A DNA stretch of 64,000 nt from Vezdaea acicularis (Eukaryota): NCBI GenBank assembly GCA_026025075.1, contig JAPEUI010000002.1:186001-250000 (forward strand), written 5' to 3'. The position numbers and the translations under genes were made by a program. The notes under the pieces are model-generated. The model had not been told where the DNA came from and did no database searches. It was given only the letters and a program-made list of their open reading frames with translations. Of the stretch, positions 1 through 13,609 are shown piece by piece; positions within the stretch are counted from its first letter, which is position 1, and each line of letters starts with the position of its first letter.

Positions 1-2317
1 AGAACGAGCTGAAGAGGAAATCGATAGGCGAAGAGTGTGAGGAACCATTGCGTGGCGTAGAGTTGTGGAGTTACGCCCTTCCGGTGCAAATGGCAGTATA
101 GGGCAGGCTCAAAGTCTTCTAGAAGACGCTCAAATTGGTATAGATGGAGATGGAGACCAGGCATGTCTTGAATAAACATATCTCGGAGGTGATAATGATT
201 CATGAGGCGCACTAGCAGACAAAAAGCTTCTTCTACGGGCATCTAGAAAGCTTTAGCAGAAGTCGAACGGGTTTCAGGCGTCAGGAAAGCACGTACGTTA
301 AACAGCAACGGCATTGCGAGGAAGTTTATGCCTTGCGCATAACCTACGCCTTCATCGAAAAGCGCGTACGCCTTACAGATTCCAAACAAGGAGTCCTGCA
401 AGCCAGCACTTGCCACGTACTTGGAGTAACTCGTCCGAGCCCCAAGATCTCGTTTGATGGCTTTCTCGAGCTTTTGTAGAGATGCGGCATCGGCCTTGGC
501 TTTTCGTTTCTTCTCGGTCGCGAGCTCAGCTTGCAATTTCGCAATTGCGATAGAATCCTTATCGTGTGAGGGGGTAGGAGATGCTACTCCGTTTGCTAGG
601 GCAGTGGTAGGCGAATGATTGGAATGTACAGATGAGGCTGACGATTCAACGGGCTCCTTCTCCTTGCCGTTACCATTGGTGTCACCACTGACCGTGTCGA
701 CCTTACTAGCACCTTGTGTTGCGCTTGTCGATGTGCTTGAGCCGCTCATTCGATCCGGGTCTTTGTCAGTGCCACGAATCACGAGCTCCCTGTATACGTT
801 CTCTAACTCTTCATTCTTGCTTTGAGCAAGAACTTGCCACACTACCCCACGAATTGCGCTCGGGATGCCGCTTGCGATAGCCCTATTCAGCTCTTCTGGA
901 CTAGTTCTAGCGACCGCGGCCGGGCCTTCATACACCACTGATTGCCACAAATCCCAGTCGACTGGAGCAGTAGGATCGGTCATCGCTGAGGGCCCGGCAG
1001 AAACTCCAGAAACCGTGCCTGGGGCTAGGTTCGGATTTACGGTCAGGGGAAGCGGACTCTTTGGTGGTACATCGCTGATAGGAGACATTGGTCCGGCCGG
1101 TCCTCCTTCCCTTTCATCCGCTAAAGATATAGGGCTACCCACTCCTAGTCCCAAGCCCGTACTTCGGCCGATGAGGCCAGCGAGCGCAGACCCGTTCGGC
1201 GGTCCGCTATCTTCACCATTTAAGTTGGAGATGCCCATCTCCTCTCTCATTCTGAGCACTTTGAATCGATCACGTAGACTATTCCTGCCGGGCCTTTCAG
1301 AGGGCCCTGACCCGTCTGATTCATGCCCATCCTCAATCCTGCTAAGCATCATTTCAGGATTACTACCGACCGTAGCTAGCGACGAAGTTGTACCTCGTCG
1401 GCTTTGTTGATGGGTGGGTGCTGCAGGCAAAGGAGGCGAAGGGACCTCCTTCGGCGCGGAATTTGGGTTTCTTGAGAGCCAGGAGAATGGACTCGACAGC
1501 TTACGAGATGGAGGCGCGGGCACTGGAAGAGATGTAGAGGTTGGTGCAGGAGCAGCAGCAGATGCAGTGGCGCTCCATGGTAAAGAGCCCAAAGAACCAG
1601 AGAACATCTTAGGCTTTCTGCTAGTAACTGTGGATTCCTTGAGTGGAAGCTGTGGAGGGGCCGACGGTGTTTGGATCGAGGTTTTTGAAGTCAGCGTAGA
1701 CGACCGTGATCTCGAACCGTTAGTCGCACTCGATTCTTCAAGGTTGACATCGTCGAGAGAGGCAGTAGACATTCGATGTGACGTTAATAAAGGTGATTTG
1801 GGAGGTGGTTGGTCTTCACCATGCCCTTCACTTGGTGGCATATTCTCAACTCGATCTGGAAGGGGTGGCGGGGTGGTCAGAATACTGTTTGTAGCAGTCG
1901 TGGAGGATGAGGAAGGACTTCTGTTCGTTAGGGATCTCGAGGGAGGCGAAGATGACGCAGGTGGGCTTCGAGCCCGAGACGTAGAGTCAGGAGCATCTTC
2001 AAAGGTTTCCTGACCACAATCGGACAGATTAGTAAGGTAAACTTCAGACAAAGCCGTAGCTTGAAGGTAGATGTATGACTGAGCCATTAGGAAGTTAAAA
2101 GTATATTTGGACCGTCTCAAGAGACTATGTAAGGGCATTGTAGACATGTTCATCCCTAGTGAATACCAGTGTTGTACCTAGATCGGCTTTCGGGTGGTCA
2201 AGGAGATGTGCTGAGCCTGTATTCACTTACCCCTTCTTGATCAGAATTATTTGCGCTTGACAGCTTGGATTCCTCTGACACTTTATGCTGACCCTCATGT
2301 TCCTTCTCCTCCGCCAT
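1..2317 (-). CDS. GYP5: TBC-domain Rab GTPase-activating protein, Gyp5-like (3' end runs off the window)
   Basis: Exon 1 MAEEKEHEGQ... (ATG 2317), intron ~2230-2011, long S/P-rich exon, intron ~297-244. TBC motifs IPSAIRGVVWQ, IKRDLGART, YAQGINF and LYATQWFLTLFAYRFP. Confidence 0.85.
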
Positions 2318-3555
2318 CTCAAAGCCCGAGAAAGGGCTTGCTCGAGGGGGCTCTCACAGTCAAGGGTTGAGGAGAACGTGGCTTGGCTTTGATAAAAAGA
2401 CTTCTCAAGTTGGGGGAGGAGGGAGAAGATCGAAGGAGCTTTCACGATGAGTTCGTCGACTTCGAGAGACACCAGACTCGGTCGGTGAAGTGCTGAGTTC
2501 GAGGAGTAAGGCAGTGCGGAGGATAAGATAGATTGGCCAGATTACAGATTATCTGCGCTGGGCGAAGACGATACGCGTGCAGCTCCTCCCCGAAGTAATT
2601 TGGGTGACCCTTCGCAACCCTTCAGACAGGATGTGATTGGCGGAGCGAATCCCTGCCGTGGTCGTCCCTGTCGAAAAGAAATTCGGCTACGGTAGCGCGA
2701 CTCGGCGACTTGCCCCTCGGCGTCATGTTTGAGCTCCAAGAAAGCCCCTATCATCACGTCGCAGTCTCCTCCTAACGAGAGTTGCTGATGTCCAGTAGGG
2801 TTCCATGTACTGTACTTACTGTCGCGGTGCAGCGCGCATGCCCTCGGTGCCCTCATTGCCCTCATTCAAGCCTCGGCCATCTCAAGGGATTACTCATCCT
2901 TGGTTTGCGCCACTGATTGGAGGCCTTAATCGGTCCTGGATTCAAGCGCTTCGGATGCTCCACACGCTGGTACCGCTATTAAGGTGCCGAGCACTTCCAG
3001 CGTTTCTGAACTACAAAGATCACACTTCCGTGCCATGAACGCTAACAAGGAGCCTTACGGGTTAGAGTTTTCTTCTCTATAAAGAAGCTCGGCGCTGGAG
3101 AGCAGACATGGCCATGCTCGTCTCTCTTCTATATGTACGTTCTGTGGTGTCTTCGTCTTATCGATGGAGCGGTCTATCAGCTTTACAATTCTACGATCAC
3201 GGGCGAGGCGCGACCTACTGCAACGAAGCAAGTTGATCTTTGACTTGACATATTATCACAGCATATATATCATACTCATTCCTTCTATTGGTGCTGTTCA
3301 AATGCCTTTCTTAAGGGTGCGCTTTGATGGAGCGTGCAAAGCATCATTTTTCCAGTATTACCCAGTGATATGTTCTTGCATTGTACGTTGGGTGGAGCAA
3401 GCACCAGACGTTGGCTTCTACAAACGCTTAGGAGAGAGCGTTATATGCAGTATGCCGATGGTGAAAACGCTTCTGTTAGCTTCCAGGCTGATACTGCGAT
3501 CCACCTCACGGTGATACTTTCCAAGAAGAATCATACCAATTGAGATGGAGTTTAA

Positions 3556-4883
3556 CTAAGACGGATAGACTGCGAATCCCTGAAAGTTCGTCCCGTCCCC
3601 AAGAGTGCTGAGGTCGAGGTCCTGAACCTGCTTGGGCATGACCCCACTGTTACTTCCCTCAAGGCTAATTACGGCGACGTCCGCGTTACTGCCCAACACA
3701 TAGAGCCATGTACGATCAATTGCCGAGTCCAGTCCACCCTTCGACGAGGCGGTGAAGTTGATATTATAACGAATAGCACCAGTAGCCGGGTCTAACACCG
3801 TGATAACAGGGCTCCCGTTCTGGATGACATAGGCGCTGTCGAACCGAGGAGAATAGACACTCCAGCATGCAGCTTGCTGATTCGGGATTACCGTGTGAGC
3901 TACCTCCGTGATCGTAAAGTTCTTACTAACGCTGAGGATGGCCGCACCAAAGGCGGCGTCTGTCAGGAGGAGCTTCGAATCAGATCCCAGAAAGGAACCG
4001 CTGAATTCGATGATAAGATCATCAATGATTGTGGTGACATATCTGCCGGTGATCTCGCCATTGATGATTGGCCAGGTATAGAGCATCCCTGGGTTTTGCC
4101 CGGGAATCCCCTTGACCGAGACGAACAGACCACTCGAGGAGGGATTGAAGAAGATGTCTGACACTGTACCCGGCGGGCCTGTCGGTGGGGTGGTCTGGTT
4201 GTAGTCTTTGGAGAAGGGATGGATTTGATTGTCTAGAGGGGTAAGACCCTTTGCGTGGTCGACGGAGAAACAAGTGACACCAGCCGCTTTACCACCATTC
4301 AGCGCGCAAGCTTTCCGCAAAGGTCAATAAAGTTCAGATCACCTCAATGTGGAAAGAGGTCACATACCTAACTTCAAGTAGCTTGAGTACGCCACTGAGA
4401 CCGGAAACTCTCCTAGGGTGTCCTGTGGAGTTCCAACTAACATTGGATGCCAAGGGTCGTCTTTGTTGATCGAGAACATCGATAAGGTGTTTGAGCCTGG
4501 ATTGACAATGAAGAGATACTGCGTTTGATAAGATTTCAATATGGTCTGAATTTCATCTAGTCATGGATGGGTGAACTTACACCTCCGCTCACGACTACGG
4601 AATCTTGACTAAACAATGAATCTGGGCCAGCGATGCCGCCAGGCATCAGAGCATGAAGCCCTTTGCCGCCAGTGGGTGTTCGCACAGGTGAAGAAAGCGT
4701 GCCATTGTCAGCGGAGATCTTCAGTGACACGATGGAACAACCGGCAGGGTCATTGTCCAAGAAGTAGGCGGCACGCTTCTTGGTATCATCTCGACTCTCC
4801 ACCTGAGCAGCTGATGTGATGCAAGCAAAGGCGGCAAGGAGGAGAATCAGCTTAATGGTCGAGATACCCAAAGAGGAGTGCAT
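3556..4883 (-). CDS. Secreted beta-propeller protein, lactonase / 3-carboxymuconate-cyclase-like family
   Basis: Signal peptide (MHSSLG...LILLLAAFACITSA), then AAYFLDNDPAG, SLFSQDSVVV and AACWSVYSP motifs typical of this fungal family. Two GT-AG introns join ORFs 4557-4889 and 3556-4320. Confidence 0.7.
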
Positions 4884-6463
4884 TTTCAATCAGTTCAAAA
4901 AAAGATTAATCTCTGAAGGTGTAGTCTTATGAAGGATCAAGGAACGTAGGTGCGGAGCGATTACTATAAGGAAGTCCTTAGAGCATGAAGAGCAAGACAC
5001 AGGAGACAGAAATACATGGCTTCCTTCAAATAGAGTTCGCGTAGTTGTGCAGGTTGACACTTATGATCTCGTTCCGGTGTTCACCCCTGTTTGCGGCAGT
5101 CACACAGGAACGCGCGCCTCATACTCTGCATGTCCTTTTGCTTGTAGCGGCAGGCGCTGGTTGCACGCAGGGAACCCCTGGAAGCAGTCCGAGCACGTGA
5201 TGTAAGCACACTCAAGCTGTGCGGTACCAGATTTGATATACGATTGTCAAAAGAATAAGCAGATCCTTCTACATGGTTATTGCATGTAGCGGCCTCGTGC
5301 ATTCCAGAACCTAGAGAAGTGATGACTTGCATAGAATAGGATCCCAGGAGATATATTCAAAGTGCTGTGCAATGCAGGACCAGTGAGGCTATAGAATCAT
5401 TCCAAATGATATAAACTCCATGGCTGAAAGCACGCTTGCAGATGCTTCAATGTTCATAGGACATGGAAGAAGCTCACGAAATGGCAGGGATCATCAGCAA
5501 GGTGACGCGAGTTCCCGAAGGTGGCCGCCCTGGCGCGGTCACCCCACTGAAAGATTTATCAGAAGCATGAGTTCGAGCATTTGTCAAGCTTTCAAATTGT
5601 GAAAAGTTTCCGAACATATTGTGGTTCAAGTCCAGTACGTGACAAGACTTCGTAGGATGGAAGGTACAGTAGTTTATGCCTTCATATTGATTCGCGTGAC
5701 TTGTATGGGGAGGTTTCATCTCCATTGATCTACTCTATCTCTGTGCTAGCCACGGCTCCGATCGCAACGCCTCCATGCACAATTCTAGTATGAACTAGAT
5801 TCCATGGTCCATCTGTGCCATTGCTTGCCCGTCCGACGGATGACGCTCCACGACCGAAAGCAAGGACTATGAGAAATGAGAATATGTTTCAGGGTGTAAG
5901 GTGATTAGTGAGGTGGGAGGTGGGAGGATGTTAAGCTGCTAGAAGGTGCTAATGCTCCAGCTGCTGCAAATATGATGATGATGACGTTAGAGAAGGCTGG
6001 ATCCTCATTCGCCGAGGAGGTTTTTCTAAAACAAACCGCTACATGGCGAGGACCTTACAAAACGTTGGGCATACATGACTTTGTTGTGTAAAGGAGATCT
6101 CCAGTACATGCAATGATGGAAGCTGACAGGGGTAAGGGGGCCGTGCTTATATACAAGAGGCGTGGGTTCGTGAGTAGCCCTATAGAGGCAAAATAATACG
6201 TTGGGGATTATCGACGCTTCGAAACCGCGAGGGAGGGAGGGGAAAGGGGGGAGAGGGGGGGAGAAGGTGTGACTGATCGAGGACAAACCCCTACGTATCA
6301 GCCCGGGTGCTGGGGATATACGGCAAAAATCTCCTTGCTCCAATGATGACAGGGATTTCTTCCTCTTTGAGACTGGTAGAGCTTACGCAGTCGGGTGATG
6401 TGAATGAAGCCTGAAAGAGGTCGTAACGGCGCATATGAACGTTCCTAGGATTTGCAATCTTAT

Positions 6464-9400
6464 TTAAGCTTGCTGGACGCCTTGAGTACCACCAATCTGA
6501 CGCTTCACCATTTCTCGAGCCCACCTTGCGGTCTCAATGGTGCGAGGCTGAAATTCGCTATTTGATCGGGTATCTTTAATCATGTGCATGATCCAATCGG
6601 CGCGGTAAAAATTAGCGAATTCACCCTGTGGGAAGGCCATGGCAAGATCACTATATATATTAGCCCAGGCTCAATAAACAAACGAATACGGTGCTTGTAG
6701 AGATCCGTACCCAATCACGCCCATCGCAGATCGCTGTAGGCTTTCGCTCCGGTTGGGGTCTTGATACACAACATTTAGTAGGTGAAAGATGGACTCGACA
6801 TAAGGTTGAAGTAGGTGATCTAATGGTGTTAGCAAGATACAGAACGGGTAACTAGGGGACTACCAACTCTTATCTCCAGCTTTCATGGCAAGAATTATCC
6901 CCCCCCATGCGTCCATGATGCCTTCCCGAAGGGAGATAACGTAGTCAAGCATGTCGAAAGGCTGGTCAGGAGCTGCAACTACTGTGGCAGCCTGTTGCAA
7001 AACTTGTGCTACGACAGAAAGATATGTTTCAAAGTGCCCGCCAATTGCCTGAGCGATGTCGCCAAAGCACTCAAGGATCGCTGGTTTAAATTGGTTGCTT
7101 AAGGTAGTGCTCTATTCAACGAGTCAGTTCCGTCCTCGGGGAGTAAATGAGTATACGAACCCTCAAATTATTCAAAAGATAGTTCATGAAGGTGTCGCAA
7201 TACGGCTGAGCCTTCTCTCCAAGAGATCTCGTGATGTCACTGACCAGACCAATGGCCATGGAGCAGAGCGCCGGTTCCTCTTGATTGCCTAATGCGTTAT
7301 AGAGGAAGGGGGCAAAAGAATCCATATATTTTGCGAAGTCATCTTCTAAGGCATTTGAAAGGGACCCGATAGTTGCGAAAATAGTGTCGGGAACGCTAGA
7401 TTTTGACCCCACACTCTCCAAGACTTGCAAAAGAATAGTCATTACACGGTCAGCTTGAGGTCTTATCTCTCCCTCTAGCCGATGGATGATTGCCTATTGA
7501 AGTATTAGCGACACAACGTGTAGATAAGTGGGGATTTAAGCGTACAAGAAGAACACTTGTCAGACTGGTTTGCATCTCCTCTAGGGTAATCTTATCTTCA
7601 ACGCCGACTAATTGAGACTGAAGAGGGATGGTCTTCTCGAGGCGAGCCAAGACCACATCAGATAAATTTGCGACAACTTGCAAACTATCACCAGCAGAGT
7701 TCATGACAAAGCTATTAAGAACTTCATAGGCAGCCGTTCGAAGATTGTTATCAGAGCCGGCCCTTATCTAAAGTCAGTCATGAACTAAAGTTTCAATGTC
7801 TTATGGACCTTACCGCTCGGTGACTTGGAGTAGTCTTGTAATGCTATCCTGGAAGTGTTTTGAAAGGTGGTTCTCGTGAGCACCCGGTGCACCAGCAAAA
7901 CGATCGGCAATGTTTACCAAAGCCCAGCAGCAAGACGTAGCCATTTTTGGATCCCTGAATAATCCCGTAAACAAAGCAGCTATCAATGGAGCTAAATGGA
8001 CATTCGGATCGATTGCCTCTGGAACATTTTCACAGATTCGGCCCAAGGTGAAGGCAGCGGAGTCTTGCACTTGCAGGACTTTGTCCTCCATCATACTTAC
8101 TAAGACTGGTAAAGCTTGTTTCACAAGAGGTGCTAGTGTCATAGGCTCAGGTCCTTCCATCACAGCACCGAAGGCAGATACTGCGGCATCTCGTCTACGC
8201 CAATCTTCATGTCGGAGGTTGACTTCAACGAACTGGAGGACCGGAGTGACTACGAGGTATCCCACGCACTGAGCATATAGCTGTAGGCACTGATATGCTG
8301 CTCGAGCCGTATTGTAGTCATCTTCAGCGGCGTCTTCATCTTGGTTTACCATGATACCTAGAAGTGTAGGTATCATTTCGCTTACCGCCAGACGAGCGAA
8401 GTTGAATAATGGTCGCGGTTCAGTACCCTCTGCTTGTGCCTGGTGACTTGTCAGGTACTAATTGGGAGAGGATGAAGAGACCACTAACCTGAGCGTTATC
8501 ATCCTCAATGGCTATTTCTTCTTCGCAGACTGTACTCCAAAATTCGATTGCCAGTTTTGCTACGTCTTCTTCGTCGCTCCTCATGCCAGTGATGGTGAGG
8601 CCATACAAGGCTTTCTCCATATAAAACCGCATCTTATCATAATACAGTGCCATGATCCTGTTCAAGCAGCCAAATGCACCTTCCTGAATACGATTATCAG
8701 CTGCCTGCGTTGCTTCGCACACGACCTGCATGATATAGTTTCGCTCTCCTTCATTCTCGAAATTGGTCCGTACAAATTCCAATGAATCCCCGAGGGCGCT
8801 GATGGCTGCGTTACGAACATCCTGATTTGGCTCCTCTTTCCTCGCCCCTTGGACGACAGCAGTCAAAATAGCGTTGGAATGTTGAGCAAGACTTTCTCGT
8901 AGCTCCTGATCTTCCGTATCACAAATAAAGCCCAATGCTATAAGTGACGCTTGCTTCAAATGTGAGCTTCCTTCGCCAACATGCTGGACTAAGGTCGTCA
9001 TGAGTTCTGACCATTGATTCCGTGGAAGCTCAATAGCAGCTATGGACGCAATGAACTGGGCGGCTGCAGCGCCAGCCCTGCTATCAGTTGAGCCAAGTGT
9101 TTGTAGCGCCAACCCCTTTATAGTCTTTTTTGTCGCTGGATCAACGTTTTGAAGCCATTTCTCTTGCGCTTGTCGTAATCGGGGAAAGTCCCGGGCGAAG
9201 ACAGCGTTCTTCAGAATTAAGCCCGCTGCAGTTCGTACGCTAGGTGGGCCTTGCTCGTTTGCAAGTTCTTGCGAGATGGTGAGTAGGTACCCAGACTAAA
9301 AATCAACTCATCAGTCAAAATTGCTATTGCAAGGGAGGTTTCCTATTCAATCGGATTCTGTGGTGTAATACTGACATAGTCTGATTCTGCGGCGTGTGCA

Positions 9401-9547
9401 AGTTGTTGCTCAGCATTTTGGCGGATGCTCGTATCTGCACAAGTTAGTAAGAATTGCCCGGGACTACTTAAAGGTAGCCGGAATGAGTATCATCTAGAGC
9501 GACGCACCAGGAGAGAGAGTCCCCTCGAGGACCTGGCCAACATTCAT
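6464..9547 (-). CDS. KAP95: Importin beta-1 (karyopherin beta)
   Basis: N-terminus MNVGQVLEGTLSP; HEAT-repeat segments AIELPRNQW, NFENEGERNYIMQVVCEATQ, EFWSTVCEEE and DWRRRDAAVSAFG; C-terminus TARWAREMVKRQ. Multiple canonical introns. Confidence 0.95.
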
Positions 9548-10521
9548 GGTGACGGTATGAGAGCCAGAACCAGCTCGTTTGGGGTGGTTTTGTGGATCTA
9601 AAGAGATCTTCGTTAACTCAAAGCCGAGCTTTAGGTTTGAGTTGAGCGCGTTAGAGGTTCAAGGATCGCGGCGAGCTCAGAGGGCTTGGGGCGTGGGTAT
9701 GAAGTCTAAGAAAGACCAAGAAAGTTAGGCTGGAATGAATTGAAGGTTGCAAGACTGCACTGGGCAGAAGGCACACGTGAAGACGTGGATAGCGCGGGAA
9801 TAACCCGTTGCACGGCGCACACAAGCCAGGAACAAAGCCTCGAAAGACGGAATAGGACCTTCTACAACTGTCCAAGGATTTGCTGAAGAGAGTTTTGAAG
9901 GTGGGTGTGCCTGTAAACAAACCCTATGTTGAAGCTTTATGTGTCAATAATATGTGGAAGAGAAGAAGGGACTGTGTTTGGACGTTCGACACGGTAGTTC
10001 TCAATTTGTGCTTAAGTCGGACGGGGGAATTGGTCAAAGCCTGCATATTCGGTTGGCCACGCAAGCGAAATAGATGGTGCAGAGGTCAGCCCACTGAATA
10101 GGGTGCGAGGGCAGGCGCTATGGATCGCTTCAGGCAACAGCTCCCTTGCAACTGCACGTCATTGGACTAGTCAGTATGCAAAAGCTTTTTGATCGACAGT
10201 ACCTATCTTCCTCGCTACAATAATATGCCAGACGAGCCTATCTGAGTGTTATCGATAGGATGTCGGGATGATGAGGAGATAATGATTTGATTAGGCTAGT
10301 TCTCGGTAAACACGCTCAGGTAAAAAACCCAACAATATGTAGGGCTCCAGATCTCCACCTTCCATAGCTCCTACCTGTGATAAAGCTTTTCAGATCGTGT
10401 TGATGAATGTAGCTTCTTAAGCCTCTAACCTTAATGCTCAGGACCAGCACGCCACGTTTTGCAGTAAACAGCCAAATGAACAGTACCGTTGTACTAACAC
10501 AAGCCAGAAAAGCTTTTTCCC

Positions 10522-13266
10522 CTATCCTTCAGACATGACCGATACGCTCTCTGAACCCTCACCCGAGGAGTCAGCTTGCCCATCTCTGCTACTACTGTCC
10601 AAATCAAATACTCGATAATGCAGGTTATCTTCTGCTAAGATACAAACAACGCGTCGGCCTTTTCTGCCGTTTACTTCAAGCCTAGCCGGCCGGAAAAGGC
10701 TGTCAAAGGTATGCTGTGAATACTCGAGGTCTACTTCTTGGTCCGAGATGCTTGTCATGCTGTATCGACTCCGGGATACCCCATATCTTACCTCCTCTGG
10801 GCGCCTGATGTATCGCAGGGGTGAATGCTGCCCGGATTTGGAGTCGTAGCAAACCCTCACGAGCGATGAAGAAGCTGGGTGCAGTCAGTGAGCTAGCTGA
10901 CTCCCATACAGAGGTGTTGACGCACCTTCGCGCTGAGAGATCATCATCAAATACTCGTCATCTACGAACTTGACATCTTTTATATGGCTTGATCCCACTT
11001 CAAATATGGCAACTTCGACCTCACGTGAGGAAGTTACTCCGTTCTCGACACCAATCGTAAGGCGAAAGATATGAACTATGACTCAAGGTCAGTGTTTACT
11101 GATACTAGAAAATTCAAGTGCGGTATTACGCAAGCTCTTTTCTTCCGATGAACCAAATACGATGTAAGTGACACACCCGTTGGGCTTCCGATAACCGTTA
11201 GTAAAGTGCTAGTTCGGAAGAGTCGATTGATTTCTCACATTAACGTTAGTCCGCATATCCACTACCGCTGGGTCGAAGCATTGTCCCAAATAGATGGGTA
11301 GCCCAAAGAGAACATTCCGGCGTTCAGCTTCTGCAATCTGTTTGAATACAGCTTCGCACTGCTTGCCTAAATAGGCTGAAAGGTCGGCAAGCTGTGGGAG
11401 CCTCTTTTCAGTCTGATGGCCTTTTACGTAAATGCTGTGTTCCTTCTTGAAACTCTCATATAGCGTGGATCCTTCACTACCGAGGTCCCATGGCTGGCGC
11501 TTATCATCGAGGTTTTTCTCGAACATGTCCTGCAACTTACTTCTTCTCAATGGTCCCTGAATATATTCCAGCGTTGTAGCGTGATCAATCCCAAAATCTT
11601 TGTCTTCTGGGTCTTCTACCAGTCCCATGGACGTATCTGTAGACTGTACGTCAATCTCGTGCTTAAGCCAAGTGGAGAAGGCGACAAATTGGCTTAACTC
11701 TGTCCCAGCAATTATCATGGTGCTATGCGCTAGGAGATTTAGACAATTGATCGTCTCAAAAATGTCATTGAGATTTCTGGTGGAAAGGCCAAACGCTGCG
11801 TTTAATCCCTGATATCTTGAGAGGCCCCTTAGACGACTCACCAAGACACTGGATCTCTCCAGTGCTGGTAGAAGGCATTCATGTATTAGCTGACGGATAT
11901 TTTCATAGCCAGCTGTGATTGCCTTATCCCAGCGCTTGTGCCCCTTCATATAGTTTGTAAGCCAATCATTCATACCAAAAGATGTTTAGGGTACTTACGC
12001 GCTCCATCAATTCCTCAACCAGCCATTCTCGCATGGGTGGGAAACAGTTGCCCGTGCACACCAGATGATAGCAAGCATGGACTATATCGCAATGAGACTT
12101 CTCCTGTAACGACTCATTGACGTTCCTCATGAACTTTCGCGGCAGATCTTGTGAGCTCTTCCATTCATGCTGCATGAGCACTTGAACTTGTTTTATATAC
12201 CGGAGCATGTTCTGTAATTGTGTAGACTTAGAAGCCAGTAGATAAAGGTAGTCTCCAGAGCTGGATATGAAGCGCAAGTCTAGGGGAACGAAAGAAAATT
12301 CATCTTTATCTTCGCTACCATTCAGAGCTTGAGAGGATACGAGGAGAGAATGCGTAGAACATTGAGGATGAGAAGAATGTAGAAGAGGTTTTGAGTTGCC
12401 CGGAACAACTGAAACCCGGTTCAGATCGAAAGGTCCAATTTCAAAGGAATCAAAAATGCTCAAATGGATAGTGCCATCGGTGCATCCTATCACGAGTACA
12501 GCGACAGCCTCATCTGTAGAGCTCTTCGCAGCATGAAACATAGCGTCGACTGATGCGCGAGTACTGAAAGCATCTTCACTGCGGTGGGATCGTCAGAGTC
12601 ATTTCTGACGCCATCTGATATCCATGGGTAACAGGAGGACAGGACTAACTCTTTCCCAAGGGAAGGAAGCACGCTTAGTCTAGGGAGACTACTCTCAATA
12701 TCCAAAAGAGCCAGCTCCCGCGGCAGGTCCAGGAGAGCATCCGGGGAAACGTCAGTCTCCTTGGAGTCATCCAGAAAGAGATCTGGCAGCGCTGGTATTC
12801 GCCTTCTCTCATTAGCCACACCAGTGAGATTGATCCCCCAACCAAGACAACTTATCTCGTGTTCTGAGAGGGCGCTAAGACCGACTTGATGAATGACTTT
12901 ACTGTTGTCTGCACGAATCAGGCGCACGCAGGCGTCGCTCCAGGCGACTGCTAGTAATTGCCCTATATAGCGTGATTAATATATAAAAGTTTGTATCTGC
13001 GCTTTCGGTAAAAAATAATTAATCTCACCATCCGGCTTCCATTTTAACTTCCATACATGAAGTGCTGAGCCTTTCTGCGACGTGTTCAAAACGCGCTGCC
13101 CATTCAATCGGTAAATGACTACCTTCTCTTCTTGAGTAGCCATAGCTATTAGATCCATGGTTGGACAATAAGTCAAGGTCGATTGTTCAATCGGCTGCAC
13201 AAGTGTTTGCTCAGCTAGCATAGAAAACATCGCCGACGGTATATTGGAGTCACTATTGGAAGGCAT
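10522..13266 (-). CDS. APC4: Anaphase-promoting complex subunit 4
   Basis: N-terminal WD40-like segment YCPTMDLIA...YRLNGQRV...WKPDGQLLAVAW; APC4 long domain GHKRWDKAITAGYENIRQLIHECLLPALER; C-terminal LEVNGRKGRRVVCIL. Five introns. Confidence 0.9.
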
Positions 13267-13609
13267 GATGTGGGGGTATGATACGGTGCCAAGGGTATGT
13301 AAATTGGGGGACTTGATTTATGTTTTGCCTCGACAATGGAAACGCTGCTCACGCACAACACCAGGTTCGCGTCGCTAATACTTTGCCGTCCCCAATGGCA
13401 CTATGAGCAATATACCCTATCACCAAGGTCATAAAATGATTTGTAACACTTGCATTACCACAGCACGAGCTCAGATCTAGGGCGCTTTGAAGTCTTGTGG
13501 TTTCATTATTTACGATATCCGTCTAATGCAACCGAAGACTAGGACCCCTCATCCTCTTGAACTCCAGCGCTTCCAATCACTTTGGTGATGCAATGTATGT
13601 AGACAACTA

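Noticed and set aside
865..2013. Long plus-strand ORFs opposite the TBC gene (similar ones opposite PBS2 and DUF726)
   Set aside because: Antisense shadows of real coding exons.
3078..3543. TATAAA followed by short plus-strand ORFs
   Set aside because: No coherent spliced reading frame or recognisable protein.
6231..6261. G-rich purine tract matching a G4 pattern downstream of KAP95
   Set aside because: Such tracts recur in 3' regions here and the KAP95 transcript would carry the C-rich strand; no evidence of function.
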